This document shows, in pieces, positions 8,521-19,951 of a stretch of 43,911 bases of DNA. The notes below the pieces were generated by a model. It did not search any database. It worked only from the letters and a program-made list of their open reading frames with translations, and was not told the origin of the DNA. Positions within the stretch are counted from its first letter, which is position 1. Every line of letters starts with the position of its first letter. The translations under genes were made by a program, and so were the position numbers. The DNA lies in contig JANLOX010000252.1 of the NCBI GenBank assembly GCA_031366795.1, positions 1 through 43,911 on the forward strand, given 5' to 3'. The DNA is from Candidatus Eiseniibacteriota bacterium (GTDB taxonomy: Bacteria; Eisenbacteria; RBG-16-71-46).

Positions 8521-9741
8521 ATGAGTACCAAAGACCAGTCACCTGCCGCCCTGCTCAAGCTGCTTCAGCACAAACAGGACAGGCGCACCGTCCTGCTGAC
8601 CCGGGTCGAAAAATGCGTCAGCAAGCTGGAACGGCGCAAGAGCAAGCTGCAGGCGATCGAAGCCCGCATTGCCGAGCTCGAACGTCGCGTCGCGCACCCG
8701 GGCCGGCGCCGCTCCGGCAAGTCCACCGACGCACTGCGCAAGGCTCAACTCATCTTCAATCCGTCCTCCGGCCGTAACGACGCCGATAACGCAGCACGGC
8801 TCGCCCAGATCGTGAACAGCCTGCGCGCCCATGGCATCGAGCCCCGCATTGGACTGAAGACCTCGAGCAAGGCCGCGGTCACACTGGCACACGATGCGGT
8901 CGAGGCAGGCGCGCCGTTGCTGATTGTCGCCGGGGGCGATGGCACGATCGAGGACGTGGCATCGCAGTTGGTCGGCTCGCAGACACCGATGGGCATCATC
9001 CCGATCGGCACCATGAACAACCTGGCGAAGTCCTTAGGGATACCGCTCGACATCGACGGCGCGTGCGCCTTGATCGCCATGGGCACCACGCGGCACATTG
9101 ACATCGGGCGTATTCGCGCGAATGACAGCCCCGAGAACGAGTATTTCCTCGAATGCGCCGGCGTCGGGCTCAGCGCTATCGGCACGCTGGCCGGGCAGGC
9201 GTTCGAGAAACACCGTTGGGGGACGTTGCCGCGCGCGTTACGACGTCTATTCGACACCAAGCTTGATACGATGCTCATCGAGTTGGACGGTACGGTGATT
9301 GAGGCATCGACGCGGATCGTCACGGTGTCGAACGCGCCGTACATGGGCAGCAATTTGTTGTTGGCGCCCGCAGCGAAGATGGACGACGGGTTCCTCGACA
9401 TCTGCCTGTACGATCACATGGGCAACGCGGCACTGGGTGCGCACTTCATCGATGCCGCTTCACCACACCCTCATCCCGTGAAAACCGTGCGCGCGCGAAA
9501 GGTCAAGATCACAGCCGGGGATCCGGTGCTCTCGAATTCAGACCTGGCGATCCACGTCGCGCGGCGGGTCGTCGAGATCGACCTGCTGCCCGCATCCGTA
9601 CTGATGATCGTCGGCAATGGCATCGGATTGTCGTTGCCGGTCGAGTCGGCACCCGTGTTGATGAACCCGGCCCCTGGAGCTCCGAGCACCAACGACGCCG
9701 AGCATGCCGGGAACCATGCCCATGCGCCATCACACGCCTGA
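8521..9741 (+). CDS. Diacylglycerol/lipid kinase family protein (YegS/BmrU-like) with N-terminal coiled coil
   Basis: Start ATG 8521. IFNPSSG, AGGDGT, GIIPIGTMNNLAKSLGIP, MDDGFLD motifs; the first ~65 aa are basic and heptad-rich. Confidence 0.92.
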   Translation: MSTKDQSPAALLKLLQHKQDRRTVLLTRVEKCVSKLERRKSKLQAIEARIAELERRVAHPGRRRSGKSTDALRKAQLIFNPSSGRNDADNAARLAQIVNSLRAHGIEPRIGLKTSSKAAVTLAHDAVEAGAPLLIVAGGDGTIEDVASQLVGSQTPMGIIPIGTMNNLAKSLGIPLDIDGACALIAMGTTRHIDIGRIRANDSPENEYFLECAGVGLSAIGTLAGQAFEKHRWGTLPRALRRLFDTKLDTMLIELDGTVIEASTRIVTVSNAPYMGSNLLLAPAAKMDDGFLDICLYDHMGNAALGAHFIDAASPHPHPVKTVRARKVKITAGDPVLSNSDLAIHVARRVVEIDLLPASVLMIVGNGIGLSLPVESAPVLMNPAPGAPSTNDAEHAGNHAHAPSHA

Positions 9742-9747
9742 CGTTCC

Positions 9748-10476
9748 GTGATGTCGCGACTGACCAGACCCACCGCGCAGTGGGTCTGGCTCATTGCGGT
9801 CGCGGGCGGCCTTTCCACCGTGCTGTCAGTCATGGCACATGCGGCACCCTATTGGGGCGCCGACGTCGCCATCATGCGCGCAGTCCAATCGGTTGATTTC
9901 GGTGTCCTCGCGATGCCCATGCACCTGCTCAACGTGCTGGGCTTCCCGCCCGTCGTTGGCATCGTCTACGGCGGCGCAACACTCGCGCTCTGGTTCGCGG
10001 GCCGGCGCTGGGAAGCCGCCTCGAGCGTCTTTGCCCTCCTCGGGGGCGCCGGGCTCAACCACCTCGTGAAGACGCTGGTGGCGCGGCCACGACCCGCGTT
10101 CGCGTTCGCTCAGATCGAGCATCAAATTGCGAGCGCGTCTTTCCCCGCGGGGCACGTCCTCAACTTCACGGCGTTCGCAGGGTTCCTGAGCTGCCTCGCC
10201 TGGATGAACATGGCGCCATCGTGGCGGCGCATCGCGATGGCGATCGCAATGATCGCGCTGGTGTTGCTGATGGGGGTCGCGCGGATCAACGCTGGGGAGC
10301 ACTGGCCAAGCGACGTGCTCGGCGGCTATCTCATGGGCGTAACGTGGCTGGCGGCGACGCTGGGTTTTTACCGCTGGGGCAAGTCACGGTGGGAAACGCG
10401 TTGGCCGCGATCGAGTCTGCATATGACCCCACCGCGGCCCCCGCTCGCACCGACGCCTACTTCAACGCCACCTTGA
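9748..10476 (+). CDS. Second PAP2-family membrane phosphatase
   Basis: KTLVARPRP, SFPAGH, ARINAGEHWPSDV. Start is GTG 9748 or ATG 9751. Confidence 0.9.
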   Translation: MMSRLTRPTAQWVWLIAVAGGLSTVLSVMAHAAPYWGADVAIMRAVQSVDFGVLAMPMHLLNVLGFPPVVGIVYGGATLALWFAGRRWEAASSVFALLGGAGLNHLVKTLVARPRPAFAFAQIEHQIASASFPAGHVLNFTAFAGFLSCLAWMNMAPSWRRIAMAIAMIALVLLMGVARINAGEHWPSDVLGGYLMGVTWLAATLGFYRWGKSRWETRWPRSSLHMTPPRPPLAPTPTSTPP

Positions 10477-11242
10477 ACAGCTTGAGCATCGCCGCCCACG
10501 ACTTCTTGTCGGCGCTCGCGTTGTAGGCGAGCTGCGGCATGCCGTAGCTCGCGGCGTCCGGATTGGTGAAGCCGTGTTTGGCGCCCGGGTAGCGGATGAT
10601 TTCGTAGTGCGCATCCGCAGCCTTGAACTCGGAGTCCACCGCCGCCACCTGTTCGGCGGGAACAAAGGGATCCGCCGCGCCCGTCATGATCAGCACGCGC
10701 GCCTTGACCTTGTCCTTCTCTGCCGGATGCTCGGTCCCCAGCGCGCCATGGAAACTGGCGACCACGGCGAGATCCGCGCCCGAGCGCGCCATGTTGAGCA
10801 CCACCGCACCGCCAAAGCAGTAGCCGATCGCGGCGATCTTGTCCGGGTTCACGTGCGGGTCCTGCTTGAGCTGATCGAGCGCCGCATTGAAGCGCGCCAC
10901 CATCACGGCCGGATCCTTGGTCGCCTCCGCCATGAAGCCCTGTGCGTCGGCGGGATGCGTCGCCACCTTGCCGTTGCCGTACATGTCGAGCGCAAAGCCG
11001 ACATAGCCCGCGCGCGCGAGCCGCTCGGCCTGCCGGCGCGCATGCTTATTGTGTCCCCACCACTCATGCACCACCAGTACGCCCGGGACCTTCGTCTTGA
11101 TGGCATCATCCCAGGCGAAGTAGCCCTTGAGCGGCGTGCCGTCCTGCGAGTAAGCGATCTCGCGCGTCTTTACGGCGGCGTGCGAGGGCGATGCGAGCGA
11201 GAGTGCCGCCAGCATCGCAGTGATGGCGAGCAGGAATTTCAC
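10457..11242 (-). CDS. Secreted dienelactone hydrolase family protein
   Basis: GTG start 11242 after AAGGAG. Signal peptide; VVHEWWG, IGYCFGG nucleophile motif, G.ADP, HGF. Confidence 0.93.
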   Translation of the reverse strand: MKFLLAITAMLAALSLASPSHAAVKTREIAYSQDGTPLKGYFAWDDAIKTKVPGVLVVHEWWGHNKHARRQAERLARAGYVGFALDMYGNGKVATHPADAQGFMAEATKDPAVMVARFNAALDQLKQDPHVNPDKIAAIGYCFGGAVVLNMARSGADLAVVASFHGALGTEHPAEKDKVKARVLIMTGAADPFVPAEQVAAVDSEFKAADAHYEIIRYPGAKHGFTNPDAASYGMPQLAYNASADKKSWAAMLKLFKVALK

Positions 11243-11295
11243 TGGGACTCCTTTCCATGGGTCAGCCGTGACGGCGGGAACGCACAAAGGGGAAA

Positions 11296-11329
11296 CGCGC
11301 GAACGGGCGGGGAGCTGTCCCCGCCCGTC
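11296..11329. terminator. GC-rich hairpin (11-bp stem); copy 1 of a repeated REP-like/terminator element
   Basis: ACGGGCGGGGA-GCTG-TCCCCGCCCGT at 11303-11328, about 30 bp past the stop of the minus-strand gene ending at 11361; followed on the minus strand by a pyrimidine-rich run. Confidence 0.7.
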
Positions 11330-11360
11330 CCGATACTAGTCCAACTGTCCCTGCGTCCGC

Positions 11361-11795
11361 CTACTTGCTCGTGTAGTTGGCCGGCAGCAGCTCAGGCGCG
11401 GTCGGAAGGGTGGCCGTCTGTCCCTGCTCGCAGGTGATGAACAAGTCGAACGCCGGCATCGCGGTGACCGCCTTGAGCTTGGCATTGAGGTTCTTGTCGA
11501 CGACCAGAGCGCCGAGGTTCTGCGCTTCGGCGCCCGGCGCGAGACCACGCGCCCACACCACGAAAACATTCGCGCCCGGAACAATGCGGCCCGGGGGGGC
11601 CAGGTGCTGGATGCTGAGACGGATCTCGATGTTTCCGTTCACGGTATGACGCAGCTGGACCTTGCCTTCGGCCGCGGGGATCTGCGAGCTGGCGCCGAGG
11701 ACCAGATTCACCTTCGAACTCGCGTTGGCGGCGGTGGCGATCAACGACAATCCCAGCAGGGCGCTCAATCCAATGACTTTAACGAATTGCTTCAT
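11361..11795 (-). CDS. Small secreted protein, RskA/anti-sigma-factor C-terminal-domain-like
   Basis: Signal peptide; A.G.V, L.PP, FVVW, AQNLGAL, FDLFITCE pattern resembles the RskA C-terminal beta-sandwich. Confidence 0.55.
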   Translation of the reverse strand: MKQFVKVIGLSALLGLSLIATAANASSKVNLVLGASSQIPAAEGKVQLRHTVNGNIEIRLSIQHLAPPGRIVPGANVFVVWARGLAPGAEAQNLGALVVDKNLNAKLKAVTAMPAFDLFITCEQGQTATLPTAPELLPANYTSK

Positions 11796-12052
11796 GGTGG
11801 GTGGTTCCTTCGGTGCGGGGAAGCAGCAGGGGTTCCCTTGGGCCCGGCAAGTCGCATTCGCGCACTCACCAACGACGCGGTAAGCGCAAATTCCATGCCG
11901 CGGCTGCGCAGCAAGGGGCGCCGGCGCAAGTGCCCACAGTCACAAGCACTAGCGGCGGCACTCGCAATAATCACGACCCCTCACGCGTGCTGGACAACCG
12001 CACATCGGGCATTCGTGCAACAACGAATGTAAGGATATTCCAGACGGTTAGG

Positions 12053-12403
12053 TCAGGCGGTCCACCACAAGCGCACCGCGACAACCGCCAAGAACAGCGC
12101 GAAGGCGCGTTGCAGGACTTGCTCGGGCATCTTCAATGCGAATGAGGCGCCGGCCCACGCGCCCAGCGCCAGGCCCAGCGCGATCCACATGGACATGTGC
12201 AGGTGCACGACTCCGGCCTTGTAGTACTGCCACGCCCCGAGTGCGCCGACCGGCAACAACAACGCCGCGAGCGAAGTCCCCGTTGCCGCCTCGGGCCGCA
12301 ACTTCGCCACGAGCATCAGCAGCGGAACGATCACGATGCCGCCGCCGATGCCGAACATCCCCGAGAGCACTCCGGCGAACAAACCGATGGCGAGGTACTG
12401 CAT
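12053..12403 (-). CDS. Sulfite exporter TauE/SafE family protein (single-repeat, half size)
   Basis: GLFAGVLSGMFGIGGGIVIVP and ATGTSLA motifs; four hydrophobic segments; GGAGG RBS. Confidence 0.88.
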   Translation of the reverse strand: MQYLAIGLFAGVLSGMFGIGGGIVIVPLLMLVAKLRPEAATGTSLAALLLPVGALGAWQYYKAGVVHLHMSMWIALGLALGAWAGASFALKMPEQVLQRAFALFLAVVAVRLWWTA

Positions 12404-12433
12404 GGGTGCACCTCCACTCTGACGGGCTTTCGA

Positions 12434-14757
<2,324 letters not shown>

Positions 14758-14761
<4 letters not shown>

Positions 14762-15279
14762 TGGCCGCTCGCGATGGCCTTGATCGAGGCAACGGTGCTC
14801 TGCAACTTCTTGTACTCCGCCTGCGTGCCACTCAAGTTGCCCGCATCGCCGAGCTCGTCGAGCTTCGTCGCGGACGCTTTCACCTGTTCGACCAGCGGAG
14901 CGAGCCGCGGCGCGGTCGCGGGCGCGGCCTGCTTCGCCTGATCCGCGAGTGCCACGACGTAGTCGCGGATCCCGAACGCCAGATGGTGAACGTCTTTGAG
15001 CTGGCCACCCTCGATCGCGGCCGACAACTTGGCCTGCTCCTCGCCAATCTGCGTCCATATTCCGGCGATCGACCTTGCCGGCTTGACGGCCTCCGCTGCC
15101 TCACCCTTTTCCGCTTCGGCGCCAGGCGCAGCCGCCTCAGGGGTCGCCTGCGACGTCGCAGCCGGCGCTTCGGAGGCTCCTTGCTTCGAAGAGCAGCCCG
15201 TCAGCGCGACACCGGCCACCATCGTTACCGCCGCCAACGCCACCACCCACAACACCCCATTGCGCATGTTCGTCTTCAT
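14758..15279 (-). CDS. Hypothetical lipoprotein, predicted helical, with an HH motif
   Basis: ATG 15279 after GGAGG. Lipobox ALTG-C; Ala/Glu/Pro linker; amphipathic helices containing KDVHHLAF; stop overlaps the copA start. Confidence 0.75.
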
Positions 15280-15341
15280 TGCGATTCCTCCAGTCCTAAC
15301 GTGGCTGCCACGACCGGCCCGTCGATCGGGCACGGCAGTGA

Positions 15342-18300
15342 CTAGTCTTGTTCCGAATCTCCGGCGACGTGCTTCTCGGCGGATTTGCGTCCGAAGCGGT
15401 AGAACACCGCTGGAGTCACAATCATGTCGAGCAGCGTCGAGCTGATCAGCCCGCCCAGGATCACCGTCGCCACGGGGTAAAGGATCTCTTTCCCGGGCTC
15501 GCCCTTCGCCAACACCAGCGGGATCAGGGCGAGACCCGCCGTCAGCGCCGTCATCAGCACCGGCACCAACCGTTCGAGCGAGCCGCGGACCACCATGTTC
15601 ATGTCGAATTGCTCGCCCTCCTCCTTCATCAGGTGCAGGTAGTGCGACACCATCATGATCGTGTTGCGCGAAGCGATGCCAGTCAGCGTGATGAAGCCCA
15701 CCAGCGAGGCGACCGAGAATGTGCCGCCGGTCAGGAAGATGGCGACGACGCTGCCGATCAGGGCCAAGGGGATGTTGAGCAGGATCTGCAGGACGATTGG
15801 CACCGAGCGGAAGTGCACATACAGCACGAGGAACATGGCGGCCAACGAGAACAGGCTCAGGATGCCGATCAAGCGCGTGGCCGATTGCTGGCTCTCGAAC
15901 TGCCCGCCGTAGGTGATGAAGTATCCCGTGGGCAACGTGACCCGGGCGCCCACCTGCTTCTGGATATCCTCGACGACCCGCCCGAGATCCCGTCCGCTGA
16001 CATTCGCCGAGACGACGATTCGGCGCTGGACGTTCTCGTGCTGGATGACGTTGGGCCCGCGCGATTCCTCGACCACGGCGATCGCCGAGAGCGGCACCTT
16101 GGCGCCGGAAGGCGTGTCGATCAGCGCATTGCGGATCGCCTCGAGGCTGCCGCGCGAGGCATCATCGAAGCGCACCAGCAGGTCGAACGTGCGCTGGCCC
16201 TCCAGCACCTGCGAGACCACGCGCCCATTGAGCGCCGTCTCGAGCGCTTCGTTCAGGTCGCCCACATTGAGCCCATAGCGCGCGAGCGCCACGCGATCGC
16301 CCTCGATCCGCACCTGCGGCACCAGCACCTGCTTCTCGGTCTGCAAGTCCACCACGCCCGGAACACTTCCCATCGCGGCCTGGATCTCGGCCGCCTTGGC
16401 GCGGAGTTGATCGAGGTCGTTGCCGAACAACTTGACCGCGATCTGCGCCCGCACTCCGGACAACAGGTGATCGAGACGATGCGAGATCGGCTGGCCGATA
16501 TTGACGAAGACGCCGGGGATCTCGCCCAGCCGCGTGCGGATATCGCCCAGCACCTGCTCGCGCGTTCGCTTCGAACGCCGGAAGTCCACATCGATCTCGG
16601 TGTAGTGAACTCCTTCCGCGTGCTCGTCGAGTTCGGCGCGCCCGGTGCGCCGGCCGGTGGACGTCACTTCGGGCACGCTGAGCAGCTGCTGCTCCACGAT
16701 GGTTCCGATTCTATTTGATTCGTTCAGCGACGTGCCCGGAGCGGCGACGACGTTGATGGTTGCAGTCCCTTCATTGAAGGGGGGAAGGAACTCCCGGCCC
16801 ATCAATGGAACCAGCGCGGCCGCACCCAGTACGAGAATGATAGCGCCGCCGATGACGAATTCGGGATGCGGCAGCGTGAGCCCGAGCAGTCGACGGTCCC
16901 ACTGCTTCAGGTGGCGCACGACGAACGAGTCCTTTTCCTCGGCCATCACCTTCGCCTTCGGCAACAGGAACAGGCACAACGCCGGCGACACGGTCAGCGA
17001 TACCAAGAACGAGGCCATGATAGAGACGATGTAGGCGATTCCCAGCGGCGCGAACAACCGGCCCTCGATTCCGCTCAAGGCGAACAAAGGCAGGAACACG
17101 AGCACGACGAGCACGGTGGCGTAGACGATCGAGTTGCGGACCTCCGACGAAGCCTTGTAGACGACCTCGAGCGGAGGCCGGGGCAGCGCAGCATGTCGAT
17201 TCTCACGCAATCGCCGGAACACATTCTCAACATTGACGATGGCGTCATCGACCAGCTCGCCGATGGCGATGGCCAAACCACCGAGCGTCATGGTGTTGAT
17301 GGAGATGTTGAACATGTGGAACACCACGGCCGCCGTGACGAACGATAGCGGAATCGCCGTGAGCGTGATCGCCGTCGTGCGGAAGTTGAGCAGGAACAGG
17401 AACAGGATGATGAGCACGAGGATACCGCCATCGCGCAGCGCCTGCTCCACGTTGTGGATGGCCGCCTCGATGAAGTTGGCCTGCTTGAACAGCGGGCGCA
17501 TCTGGACATCTTTCGGCAACGAGGGCCGCAGCTCAACCAGCGCCGCCTCGATGCGCCGCGTCAGCTCGATGGTGCTCGCACCCGGCTGCTTCTGGATCGA
17601 CAGGATCACCGCCGGTTTGCCATTCACGCTGCCATCGCCGCGCTTGGCCAGTGTGCCGACCCCGACACTGCCGACTTCCTTCAGCAACACCGGGACGCCA
17701 TTGCGTGTCGCGACGACCGTATTGAGCAACTGCTGGGGATCGCGCAGACGGCCGAGATTGCGGATCAGGTACTCCTGCGATTGCGCCTCGAGATAACCCC
17801 CCGTGGTGTTCTCGTTGCTGGCTCCGACCGCCTGTTCAACTTGCTTGAGCGAGAGCCCAAGCGCGGCCAATCGCTGCGGGCTGACGCGCACCTGGTACTG
17901 CTTGACGCCGCCGCCGATCGGAATCACCTGCGACACACCTGGAATCGTCAACAGGCGCTGGCGTACGACCCAGTCGGCGAGCGTACGCATGTCCATCGGG
18001 GACGTTGCGCCATTGGAGCTCTCGAGACCGAGCAGCATGATCTCGCCCATGATCGAGGAGACGGGCCCCATCGCGGGAACGATGCCTTTCGGGATATGTT
18101 CCGCGGCGAGCTGGAGCTTTTCGCCCACCAGCTGCCGGTCGCGGTATATGTCGGTGCCCCACGCGAATTCAACCGTCACCACCGACAACCCGATCCCCGA
18201 CGTCGAACGCACGCGATCGACGCCAGGCGCACCATTGAGCGTGGTCTCGATCGGCAGGCTGACCAGCGTCTCGACCTCTTCGGGAGCCAGACCCGGCGCC

Positions 18301-18455
18301 TCACTCATAACGGTGACGGTCGGACGATTGAGGTCGGGGAACACGTCGACCGGTAGCTTCACGATCACCATGCCGCCATAAATGAGCAACAGCACCGCCG
18401 CCGCCACGACAAACAAGCGGTTCTTGAGCGCGAACAGGATGATTCGATCAAACAT
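15342..18455 (-). CDS. czcA: CzcA/CusA-family heavy-metal RND efflux permease
   Basis: 1037 aa; LPVDVFPD, GLAIAIGELVDDAIV..EN, EFLPPFNEG, ELDEHAEGVH, ERL.PVLMTAL, GGL.SST. Confidence 0.95.
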   Translation of the reverse strand: MFDRIILFALKNRLFVVAAAVLLLIYGGMVIVKLPVDVFPDLNRPTVTVMSEAPGLAPEEVETLVSLPIETTLNGAPGVDRVRSTSGIGLSVVTVEFAWGTDIYRDRQLVGEKLQLAAEHIPKGIVPAMGPVSSIMGEIMLLGLESSNGATSPMDMRTLADWVVRQRLLTIPGVSQVIPIGGGVKQYQVRVSPQRLAALGLSLKQVEQAVGASNENTTGGYLEAQSQEYLIRNLGRLRDPQQLLNTVVATRNGVPVLLKEVGSVGVGTLAKRGDGSVNGKPAVILSIQKQPGASTIELTRRIEAALVELRPSLPKDVQMRPLFKQANFIEAAIHNVEQALRDGGILVLIILFLFLLNFRTTAITLTAIPLSFVTAAVVFHMFNISINTMTLGGLAIAIGELVDDAIVNVENVFRRLRENRHAALPRPPLEVVYKASSEVRNSIVYATVLVVLVFLPLFALSGIEGRLFAPLGIAYIVSIMASFLVSLTVSPALCLFLLPKAKVMAEEKDSFVVRHLKQWDRRLLGLTLPHPEFVIGGAIILVLGAAALVPLMGREFLPPFNEGTATINVVAAPGTSLNESNRIGTIVEQQLLSVPEVTSTGRRTGRAELDEHAEGVHYTEIDVDFRRSKRTREQVLGDIRTRLGEIPGVFVNIGQPISHRLDHLLSGVRAQIAVKLFGNDLDQLRAKAAEIQAAMGSVPGVVDLQTEKQVLVPQVRIEGDRVALARYGLNVGDLNEALETALNGRVVSQVLEGQRTFDLLVRFDDASRGSLEAIRNALIDTPSGAKVPLSAIAVVEESRGPNVIQHENVQRRIVVSANVSGRDLGRVVEDIQKQVGARVTLPTGYFITYGGQFESQQSATRLIGILSLFSLAAMFLVLYVHFRSVPIVLQILLNIPLALIGSVVAIFLTGGTFSVASLVGFITLTGIASRNTIMMVSHYLHLMKEEGEQFDMNMVVRGSLERLVPVLMTALTAGLALIPLVLAKGEPGKEILYPVATVILGGLISSTLLDMIVTPAVFYRFGRKSAEKHVAGDSEQD

Positions 18456-18466
18456 CGTCGCGCCCC

Positions 18467-19951
18467 CTAGTGACCGAGACCGACGACCGGGGCCGTCAGC
18501 AATGGGTAACCGCCAATGATGACGACGCGATCGCCCTGGACGACCGCACCCGTGACCGCAACGCGCGCGCCGAGACTTGCCCCCAGGGTAACTTCCTGCG
18601 CCGTGAACCGTTCGGGCGCGGTATGGACAAACACCAGCTTGCGCCCGTCCTTCTCAAACACGGCGGACCGCGGCAGCACCAGCGCCTGGGCTACTGTTCC
18701 CTGCTCGATGCCAACATCGACGAGCGCGCCGATGCGCAGATGGCCGCCTAAGTTGGGCACCTCGAACCAGGCCTCGATTGCCCCCGGAACCTCACCCTGC
18801 GTGACGCCCAGGGCGACGCGACGCCCATTCAATGCAAGTTCAGGCATCGATTGTGAGGTGATGGTGGCGCGAGTCGACCGCTGCACACTGGCGATGTCCG
18901 CTTCATAGACATCGGCGTGCACCCACACGACCGAGGGATCCAGCAGCGTCATGAGCTTCTGGCCCGCCTCGACCAACTGCCCGTTGACCACGAACACGCC
19001 CGTCAGCACGCCCGTCAGCGGGGCGCGCAACGTGAGATCGTCGACCACACTGAGCCGCGCGACGGCGTGCCCCTTGGTGACGCCCTGACCCAACACCGGC
19101 ACCTGATTACCCGCGAAGAAGATACGGCCGGATTGCGGCGCCACGATCTCGATCTCCCCGCCGCCCCGTGGAGCCACGCGCCCCAGCACACTGAGCCGTT
19201 GCTGAACGGCCTCGGGCTTGAGTGGTGCGGTGCGGATGCCCATGAGGAATTGTGATTCTTTGGCGACATAGACCTGCGCTCCGGGGCCGACCGGAGCGCC
19301 CGAGGTCGAGGGGGCCGCGTCGTGGCCTTCGTGAGCCACGACAGGAGCCGCGAGCACGACGCACAGCAGCAGGGCCAGCCGCGCCGCGCTCGAGCGGCGC
19401 CGCGCGAACAGCGCCATGCCGCCGAGCAACACCGCGCCGAGGCCCACGAGCCACATCCATCCCCACGTTCGTGGTGGCGAATTCGCGGCGGCTGCGTGTT
19501 TGCTCGACACCTCAAGCCCCGGGAGCGCGAAGCGCGCGTCCCCACCGGCGTCCGTCACCCTCACCAACACGGTGAACGAGCCCGTGTCCGCCGGCGCCTG
19601 GAAGGGTGCGGTGTAGACACCTGCACGTGGCGTGGCCGCGGCGCTGCCCGACCACAACTCACGCGTGGCCGAACGCAGGCTCAACGCAATGCGGGCGCCG
19701 GCAACGGGAGCGTTCGTGGCGAAGTCGCTGACATAGAGATCGAGCGGTGTCTTGATCCCAGGGCGCAGGGGGTCATTCTTGAGCACGAGCTCGAAGCGAT
19801 CCGAGACGGCGGTCAGCACATGGCGGGTGGTGAGTGATGAGGCACCGGTGCCGGAGCCGGGAGCATCATCGTGACCCTCATGGGCGCGAGCGGCACTGGT
19901 AACTCCGGCCGCGAACAACAGTGTCGCGAACAAAAGTTTCATCGCCTTCAT
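18467..19951 (-). CDS. RND efflux periplasmic adaptor (MFP) fused to an N-terminal Ig-like module; two AHEGHD motifs
   Basis: C-terminal half has lipoyl halves (GQGVTKG / RAPLTG..VNGQLVEAGQ), VWVHADVYEAD, LVLPRSAV, GDRVV. ATGA overlap with the TolC stop. Confidence 0.88.
   Translation of the reverse strand: MKAMKLLFATLLFAAGVTSAARAHEGHDDAPGSGTGASSLTTRHVLTAVSDRFELVLKNDPLRPGIKTPLDLYVSDFATNAPVAGARIALSLRSATRELWSGSAAATPRAGVYTAPFQAPADTGSFTVLVRVTDAGGDARFALPGLEVSSKHAAAANSPPRTWGWMWLVGLGAVLLGGMALFARRRSSAARLALLLCVVLAAPVVAHEGHDAAPSTSGAPVGPGAQVYVAKESQFLMGIRTAPLKPEAVQQRLSVLGRVAPRGGGEIEIVAPQSGRIFFAGNQVPVLGQGVTKGHAVARLSVVDDLTLRAPLTGVLTGVFVVNGQLVEAGQKLMTLLDPSVVWVHADVYEADIASVQRSTRATITSQSMPELALNGRRVALGVTQGEVPGAIEAWFEVPNLGGHLRIGALVDVGIEQGTVAQALVLPRSAVFEKDGRKLVFVHTAPERFTAQEVTLGASLGARVAVTGAVVQGDRVVIIGGYPLLTAPVVGLGH

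Noticed and set aside
10457..10476. 20-bp convergent overlap between the second PAP2 gene and the dienelactone hydrolase gene
   Set aside because: Short 3' overlaps with a low-complexity tail are common; no sign of function.
12010..12029. Inverted repeat CATTCGT-GCAACA-ACGAATG after tauE, and CCGGGAA-ATGG-TTCCCGG at 27697-27714
   Set aside because: Single 7-bp stems without a U-tract or second copy; could be terminators or operators but not distinguishable from chance.
17225..17260. TM4 motif of the RND pump reads DDAIVNVEN
   Set aside because: The key Asp and Glu are present and this position varies between RND subfamilies, so I cannot claim a defect or changed specificity.
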